In this document: positions 58,531-64,000 of the stretch, piece after piece | Layout: each line of letters opens with the position of its first letter | Position numbering within the stretch: position 1 is the stretch's first letter | Origin: a virus | Lineage: Duplodnaviria > Caudoviricetes | Length of the DNA: 64,000 nt | Strand: one strand, 5' to 3' | Virus record (IMG/VR): IMGVR_UViG_3300042973_000021 | Location: 32,001-96,000 of that record | Position numbers and translations under genes: made by a program | Notes under the pieces: generated by a model | Told to the model about the DNA's origin: nothing | The model's database searches: none | Seen by the model: only the letters and a program-made list of their open reading frames with translations

Positions 58531-59880
58531 TCAGACCTCCTTTAGCGTTGCTTTTACCGCATCTATCAGTGCGGCTTGGGTATTGTTTTTATCATTTAGG
58601 GCTTTCATTACACGTTCATCAATGGTGCCTTTGGCAATCAAGTGATGGATCACTACCGTTTCATTTTGTCCTTGACGCCAAAGACGGGCATTGGTTTGCT
58701 GGTAAAGCTCCAAGCTCCAAGTCAGGCCAAACCATACAAGTGTTGATCCTCCGGCTTGCAAGTTGAGGCCATGTCCTGCGGATGCGGGATGGATGACTGC
58801 AATGGGAATCTTTCCATCGTTCCATCTCTTAATAGAATCCCTAGTGGACAATACTTCGACCTCAAAGCGCTTTTGTATTCGAGATAAATCATGCTTAAAC
58901 CAATAAGCAATCAGAACAGGCTTGCCATTAGCGGCTTCGATTAAGTCTTCCAGTGCATCCAGCTTACGGTCATGTATATGAATAACGACACCTTGATCAT
59001 CATAGACTGCTCCGTTTGCCATCTGCAGGAGCTTTCCTGAAAGAGCCGCTGCATTGGCAGCAGTAATTTCCTCACCTTTCACCGTTGTAATGAAATCCCG
59101 CTTCATGGTATCGAGGGTTTTCATTTCTTTTTCAGAAAGCTTCACTGGCACTTCGTTTATAACCAACTCCGGCAGCTTAAGGTAATCAGAACCTTTCATG
59201 CTAATAGTGATGTCAGATATGAGCCTATAAATTGCTTCTTCCGCTCCTGGTTTTGGTTTGTAGGAGAAGATTACTTGTTGATTACGTTTATCCGGTACAA
59301 AGTAGTCCTCTCGATATCTGCCAATAAAGCGCCCAAGCCTTTGACCCATATCCAAGAGTCGATACTCTGCCCACAAATCCATCAATCCATTGGAGGATGG
59401 TGTTCCAGTGAGCCCTACGATCCTTTTTACCTTTGGCCTGACTTTAAGCAGACTTTTAAATCGTTTTGCTTGATGGGATTTGAAGGATGACAGCTCATCA
59501 ATTACCACCATGTCAAAATCAAAGGAGATTCCACTTCTTGAAATTAACCATTCGATATTTTCTCGATTGATGATGTATACCTGAGCTCTTTTCATTAGCG
59601 CTCGTTTTCTCTGAGCCACAGTACCAACTGCTACGGTGTAGTTAAGGCCTTTTAGATGATCCCACTTTTCAATCTCTGCAGGCCATGTATCTCTGGCAAC
59701 TCGAAAGGGTGCAATGACCAGAACCTTACGAACAAGAAAACTATCCAGTGTTAGATCAAAGATAGCAGATAAGGTAATAACGCTCTTGCCTAATCCCATA
59801 TCTAACAGCACTGCTGCTATGGGATGGGTGAGAATATACTCAGTGGCATAAACCTGATATTCATGAGGCTTGTATTTCAC
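58531..59880 (-). CDS. SNF2-family helicase
   Basis: DMGLGKS, VIDELS, LTGTP, GHGLNLQ, Q.NARL.RQGQ. Confidence 0.92.
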   Translation of the reverse strand: MKYKPHEYQVYATEYILTHPIAAVLLDMGLGKSVITLSAIFDLTLDSFLVRKVLVIAPFRVARDTWPAEIEKWDHLKGLNYTVAVGTVAQRKRALMKRAQVYIINRENIEWLISRSGISFDFDMVVIDELSSFKSHQAKRFKSLLKVRPKVKRIVGLTGTPSSNGLMDLWAEYRLLDMGQRLGRFIGRYREDYFVPDKRNQQVIFSYKPKPGAEEAIYRLISDITISMKGSDYLKLPELVINEVPVKLSEKEMKTLDTMKRDFITTVKGEEITAANAAALSGKLLQMANGAVYDDQGVVIHIHDRKLDALEDLIEAANGKPVLIAYWFKHDLSRIQKRFEVEVLSTRDSIKRWNDGKIPIAVIHPASAGHGLNLQAGGSTLVWFGLTWSLELYQQTNARLWRQGQNETVVIHHLIAKGTIDERVMKALNDKNNTQAALIDAVKATLKEV

Positions 59881-60142
59881 GAAGTATCCCTCCAATCTGT
59901 TCTATGTGATCCAGGCAGAATACCAAAAAACCAAGTGATTCTAACTGTCTTTTTCTCTTTTCTTGAAGTGGCCTTAAGGCTTTACCTGGAGCTTTCACCT
60001 CCACAAAAGCTAGTTTCCTACCCGGCAAAAGAATCAATCTGTCTGGCATTCCATCTAAACCTGATGATACAATCTTCAGCGCAATACCGCCTATATCTTT
60101 CACTGCTTTTACCAGTTGTTGTTCAATCCATTTTTCTCTCAT
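59861..60142 (-). CDS. VRR-NUC domain nuclease
   Basis: G.PDR, FVEVKAPG...RPLQ. Confidence 0.88.
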   Translation of the reverse strand: MREKWIEQQLVKAVKDIGGIALKIVSSGLDGMPDRLILLPGRKLAFVEVKAPGKALRPLQEKRKRQLESLGFLVFCLDHIEQIGGILREIQAS

Positions 60143-60152
60143 AGTTCCTCCA

Positions 60153-60415
60153 TGTTCCCTAAATCCAAAAAATCTCTATACGCGCGTATATATGCGTCTG
60201 CAGGTAATTTCCTCTTTTTGTCTTTAGGATTACTTTTAATAATTATTTTTGGAACAATGGAACAGAAGTTATAAAGTAGCCTACTTTACAAGGGGCTGCC
60301 GCCTGTTCCAATGAGGTGTACCAAAAGACCGTTTTTGTTTCACCGGAACAGGTGAAATCTGTTCCTGAAGAAAAATTGTTCCATACGTTCCAAACTAAAT
60401 TATGCTTTGGGAACA
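60153..60415. repeat. Cluster of GGAACA/TGTTCC repeats plus palindrome TATACGCGCGTATA; candidate replication origin
   Basis: Eight exact hexamers in both orientations with an AT-rich tract, downstream of the VirE gene. Confidence 0.55.
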
Positions 60416-62745
60416 TAAACCCATTGTGGTCCATAAAGCGGGATACGTTCTTTTCTCACTAGTCCCGTCCAGCCTCCGATACTTGCCATAATTGCAGATA
60501 TCTCATTGCCATCCACTCGTCGAAGATTGGCTCGATCCTTCCCAAAGCACTCACACCAGATTTCCATATTAGAAACCGATTTTCGTTTCCAAACACCTAC
60601 CCTTTGACTTTCACCAAACTCAGTCCCGTTGATATAGGCTCGGCGTTCATATAAATCCATGGTGTCCCAGTCTTCTGGTAAGAGCATATCTAGGTATTCA
60701 CGTACCAAACCTTCACGCTCATCTGATTCCATAGCTTCCCGCTGTTCTTCTTTTGCAAGTTTCTCAAGATTGGTATCAAGGTACAATTTTTCTCCAGCTT
60801 TCACAAAGGTAAGAGCCTCAGCCCATATCTGCAGAATTTCATCATGCTTTAGTTGCCAAGACTTTTTTGTACCATTTCCTGGAGTTTTTACCGGCCAGAA
60901 ACGACGGTTTCCTGTGGTGTCCCGCAAATAGCCTTTCTCAGCATTGGTGGTTCCGAAAAAGATACATTGTCTTAAGTGCGGAGTAGCTCTCCTGCCAAAG
61001 CTGGCACGATAAATGTCATTTTGGCGAGACAAGAAACTTCGAAGTGTTTCAACTTCAGCTTTTTTAAGTCCGGCTAGTTCTCCAATTTCTAAAATCCAGT
61101 AACCCTGAAGCTTTTCCGCCGCAGTCTTGTCCTTGGTATCCGACAAGTTCAAGCTATCTGAAAACCAGTCTCCACCTAACTTAGCAATGAGAGTGCTTTT
61201 TCCAACTCCCTGTGGGCCATTTAAAACCAACATGGAATCAAACTTGATGCCTGGAGTCAGTACACGAGAGATAGCCGCACATAGAGTTTTTCTTGTGACA
61301 GCCCGAACATATGGGTTATCTGATGCACCTAAATAATCGATGAGCAATGTATCTACTCGTGGTACCTTATCCCATTCAGGGAGTGCTTCAATAAACTCCC
61401 GAATCGGATGATAAGACCGGTCATCAGCTACTTTTGCTACTGCCACATCATAGTTTCTTGCAGAGAAGGTTCCGTAGCGGGTGTCGATGTAACTAATCAA
61501 CTGGGCATCGTCTGCATCTCTCCAGAACTTTGATGGATGCGGCCAAGGAACATCACCCTTTATTTCGAGACTATCGGATAGCTGATTAAATACAATGCTT
61601 TTCAGGTTTGGATCATTTTCGAGTATTAAAATCAAGTTTCTAAGGGTATTTTTAACTGATCCTGTCTTGTCAAGCTCCAGCTGCTTTTCCCAATCTTCAT
61701 CAATAAACTCCTTTTCAGCCTGAGCCTTTCTTTCTTCAGCAAACTGCTCTTTTACCCGTTCATCCTCCAAAGCCAGATCTGTCATGGCTTTAAACGAAGG
61801 CAGTTTACTTGGCGATGTATTTTCTGCAGCCTTTTCATCTAAGCCGCGAAACTTATGCACTCGTACCAAATCAAAAGCGTTTAGCAGCATTCCGCAAGCC
61901 GGATCGGTGGCATGATGGCTATAAGCAAATTTACCGTCATAGATTACCAAGCCCGCTGAAGAATCTGCTGGAATATAATCAAACCTGCCATTCATAGCAC
62001 TTGGTTCATATACATCCGCCAAAAATGTATTGATAGCTTCTTCAATGGTATAAGCTCTGCAAAATGCCCCGACAACGCCCTCTTTACTTAAAGGATCTGC
62101 TTGCTTTTTGATTTTCCTTTGTACAACCTCTGATTGTCTTGTGGATACAGGCCACATGGATGTATCCCGCCAATCTGCATATTTGGAAAGATAAACATCA
62201 GGATCTAAAAGCTCTCCATCCTTTTCTTTAAAGACAAATTCTCCATCAGACGGTGTAGATGGCCAATACATTAATCTTGAAGGTTCATAAGTGGTATCAT
62301 CGAATAAATTAATCCCAATCTCCTTTGCAACCATCCGGCCAAGGGCTGGGTATTCATCTTCTGTCACTTCTCTTCTTAGTGGTATGATTAGTCTCAGTCT
62401 TGGAGCTTCCGGTGTATGTTTATGTGTGGAATAGATGCAGCATTGAAAATCATGAAGTGATTCAATCTGCTCCCAAATCCCTGGTTTGGCATAATCCATA
62501 TCCAATGTAAGAAGGGAGCGGGAGAGGACATAACCATTTCTGCGCTTTCCTTCACGGAGAGCTCCTCCCACAAATCCACCCACATCTTTTATTGAGTCCT
62601 GCTGAGCGCGACTCATTTTGCGAAATTCAGACACTGTTTCTGTTGTTCGTATGGTAGACCCCACTCGGGCGATGAAGTCTTCCCATGTGATGTCTTTGTT
62701 CTTCCACTTTTTATCCATCCGGCTGTTACCAACCGCTATCTTCAT
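60400..62745 (-). CDS. Primase-helicase, VirE/VapE family
   Basis: LTLDMD, YSTHKH..PRLR, GPQGVGKST, FFGTTN, TGNRRF. Confidence 0.88.
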   Translation of the reverse strand: MKIAVGNSRMDKKWKNKDITWEDFIARVGSTIRTTETVSEFRKMSRAQQDSIKDVGGFVGGALREGKRRNGYVLSRSLLTLDMDYAKPGIWEQIESLHDFQCCIYSTHKHTPEAPRLRLIIPLRREVTEDEYPALGRMVAKEIGINLFDDTTYEPSRLMYWPSTPSDGEFVFKEKDGELLDPDVYLSKYADWRDTSMWPVSTRQSEVVQRKIKKQADPLSKEGVVGAFCRAYTIEEAINTFLADVYEPSAMNGRFDYIPADSSAGLVIYDGKFAYSHHATDPACGMLLNAFDLVRVHKFRGLDEKAAENTSPSKLPSFKAMTDLALEDERVKEQFAEERKAQAEKEFIDEDWEKQLELDKTGSVKNTLRNLILILENDPNLKSIVFNQLSDSLEIKGDVPWPHPSKFWRDADDAQLISYIDTRYGTFSARNYDVAVAKVADDRSYHPIREFIEALPEWDKVPRVDTLLIDYLGASDNPYVRAVTRKTLCAAISRVLTPGIKFDSMLVLNGPQGVGKSTLIAKLGGDWFSDSLNLSDTKDKTAAEKLQGYWILEIGELAGLKKAEVETLRSFLSRQNDIYRASFGRRATPHLRQCIFFGTTNAEKGYLRDTTGNRRFWPVKTPGNGTKKSWQLKHDEILQIWAEALTFVKAGEKLYLDTNLEKLAKEEQREAMESDEREGLVREYLDMLLPEDWDTMDLYERRAYINGTEFGESQRVGVWKRKSVSNMEIWCECFGKDRANLRRVDGNEISAIMASIGGWTGLVRKERIPLYGPQWVYVPKA

Positions 62746-63161
62746 ATCTTCTGCACCTCCTCGCAGTTTTCGGTAAAATACCGAATAGGAATACGATGCT
62801 TCGACGCTTTATCTATTTCTGCTTGCATTCCTTTTGAGATGTAGCGACCAAATACCCACAATTCCTCGCACTTTCTAAGCCAAACCATTCCAAAGAATAG
62901 TCCTAGTTTTCTTTGTTCAGGATCGCTATCATCTAGCACTTGTGGGTATAGCAGATGAGGAGCAAAAGGAATAGTTCCTTGCTCCACTGCAAACTTCAGG
63001 TATTTTCTAGCTTCATTTAGATTTTTCTCTATGTCTCCAGCAAAAGGAGAACAAATAAAAACGCAAGGTTTATAGCTTTTTGCTTTTTCTTCACGCATGA
63101 TATTTTCCATGGCTTCTGCTGCAGCCTCTTCTGGATAGCCTTCAGCGTTATATCTATCCAT
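62742..63161 (-). CDS. DUF4406-like phage protein
   Basis: FICSPFAGD, APHL.YPQ, CEELWVFG, S.GM..EI. Confidence 0.8.
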   Translation of the reverse strand: MDRYNAEGYPEEAAAEAMENIMREEKAKSYKPCVFICSPFAGDIEKNLNEARKYLKFAVEQGTIPFAPHLLYPQVLDDSDPEQRKLGLFFGMVWLRKCEELWVFGRYISKGMQAEIDKASKHRIPIRYFTENCEEVQKI

Positions 63162-63164
63162 AAG

Positions 63165-63956
63165 TTACATCTCCTCGAATTCGGACTCTTGTTCAATCAA
63201 TGGTAAAATGCCATGATCCTTAAGAAGCTCATAAATGAACAAGCGTCCTTTCTGAGTCCAGTAGGTATGAACCTTTGAATGCATCGTTCCATCATTTCCA
63301 GGGTACGTATGGGTTTTTGTCGTCGTATATCCATGTTGGGCATATTTTTGATATAAGAGCCAGATTTTCCCTTGACGGAACTGAACGCCAAGATCATGTA
63401 GATACTCATTGAACCAACGACCAGACTTTCCATAATCCTTGGCGATGGTTGTGATAGACACCGCATCCTTGCAGTTAAGCACCACATCGTAATAACTGGC
63501 TTTGGGTTTCATTTCTGCAATCTGCTGTTCTTGAATGCTAATGGTAGTTGTTAGCTCGGCATTTTTGGCTCTTTCGGCTTTAAGCTCCTGCAGTGCTTGA
63601 ATCAAAAAGTCCGGATTAGCAAGCAACTCATCTGTAGCATAAAGTCCATGCCTTCTGATGGAAGGAAGAACTTCATGAGTTACCCAGCGCTTGAACTTTT
63701 TAGCCCCTGGCTTTCGAGAAACCAATATCACGCTATAAAGGCCACTTTCATTGATAATAGATACTTCCTGTTTTCCTCCAGGGGTGTCGATAATATCGAC
63801 TCCCTTTTCATCACTGTCCAATCGAGATGTAACATCACGACTGTTTCCAATTTCTAGCACAGAACAGACATCCTTGAGTACCCACCAAGGATTGCCTTCC
63901 CTTAAAATTGTTCTGACATTGTTGCCCTCGTAGTTAAAAATCGTTAATTTGTTCAT
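63165..63956 (-). CDS. Phage antirepressor (BRO-N plus KilA-C/ANT)
   Basis: INESGLY, FKRWVT.EVLPSIR, IAKDYG, WTQKGR.FI. Confidence 0.92.
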   Translation of the reverse strand: MNKLTIFNYEGNNVRTILREGNPWWVLKDVCSVLEIGNSRDVTSRLDSDEKGVDIIDTPGGKQEVSIINESGLYSVILVSRKPGAKKFKRWVTHEVLPSIRRHGLYATDELLANPDFLIQALQELKAERAKNAELTTTISIQEQQIAEMKPKASYYDVVLNCKDAVSITTIAKDYGKSGRWFNEYLHDLGVQFRQGKIWLLYQKYAQHGYTTTKTHTYPGNDGTMHSKVHTYWTQKGRLFIYELLKDHGILPLIEQESEFEEM

Positions 63957-64000
63957 ATCGAACCTCCAGCATATAGTTGTAGAGCGATAAAACTTGCCCT

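Larger units (their letters stand above)
27337..64000 (-). mobile_element. HK97-like siphovirus prophage 2 (defective); continues beyond the right edge
   Basis: Ordered replication, packaging, head, tail, lysis and recombinase modules, all on the minus strand. Confidence 0.9.

Noticed and set aside
53716-62745. Virulence function for the 'virulence-related' and VirE proteins
   Set aside because: These are legacy annotation names; the motifs indicate a primase-helicase and an uncharacterised phage protein
1-64000. tRNA, rRNA, CRISPR array or intact att pair
   Set aside because: None recognised by eye; both elements extend past the window edges

Overview
Firmicutes-like (probably Clostridia) window made almost entirely of two abutting phage-derived elements. 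(1) 1-~27.3 kb is the higher-GC early end of a prophage-like element that runs off the left edge. It has a divergent replication module (P4/D5-type primase and a DUF4406-like gene leftward; DUF2800 nuclease, DUF2815 SSB and family A DNA polymerase rightward) and a sigma-70 region 4-like regulator. Between them lies one ~19.5 kb minus-strand defence operon: a Lamassu-like ABC three-component system (effector with a degenerate HNH), an XRE HTH, a complete type 1 BREX (brxA-brxB-brxC-pglX-pglZ-brxL) and an AbiA-type reverse transcriptase-HEPN gene split by an IS30 element. (2) ~27.3-64 kb is a lower-GC, minus-strand HK97-like siphovirus prophage: antirepressor, VirE, VRR-NUC, SNF2, HNH, terminases, metK/MTase/amidoligase cargo, head, tail, GH18, holin, amidase and a triple serine recombinase cassette. 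This prophage is decaying: truncated last recombinase, IS256 in the tape measure gene, IS110 in the tail operon and two nonsense mutations. The IS110 left end folds into a bridge-RNA-like structure whose target guide matches the Shine-Dalgarno sequence at its insertion site. All family assignments come from motif recognition; no database searches were run.
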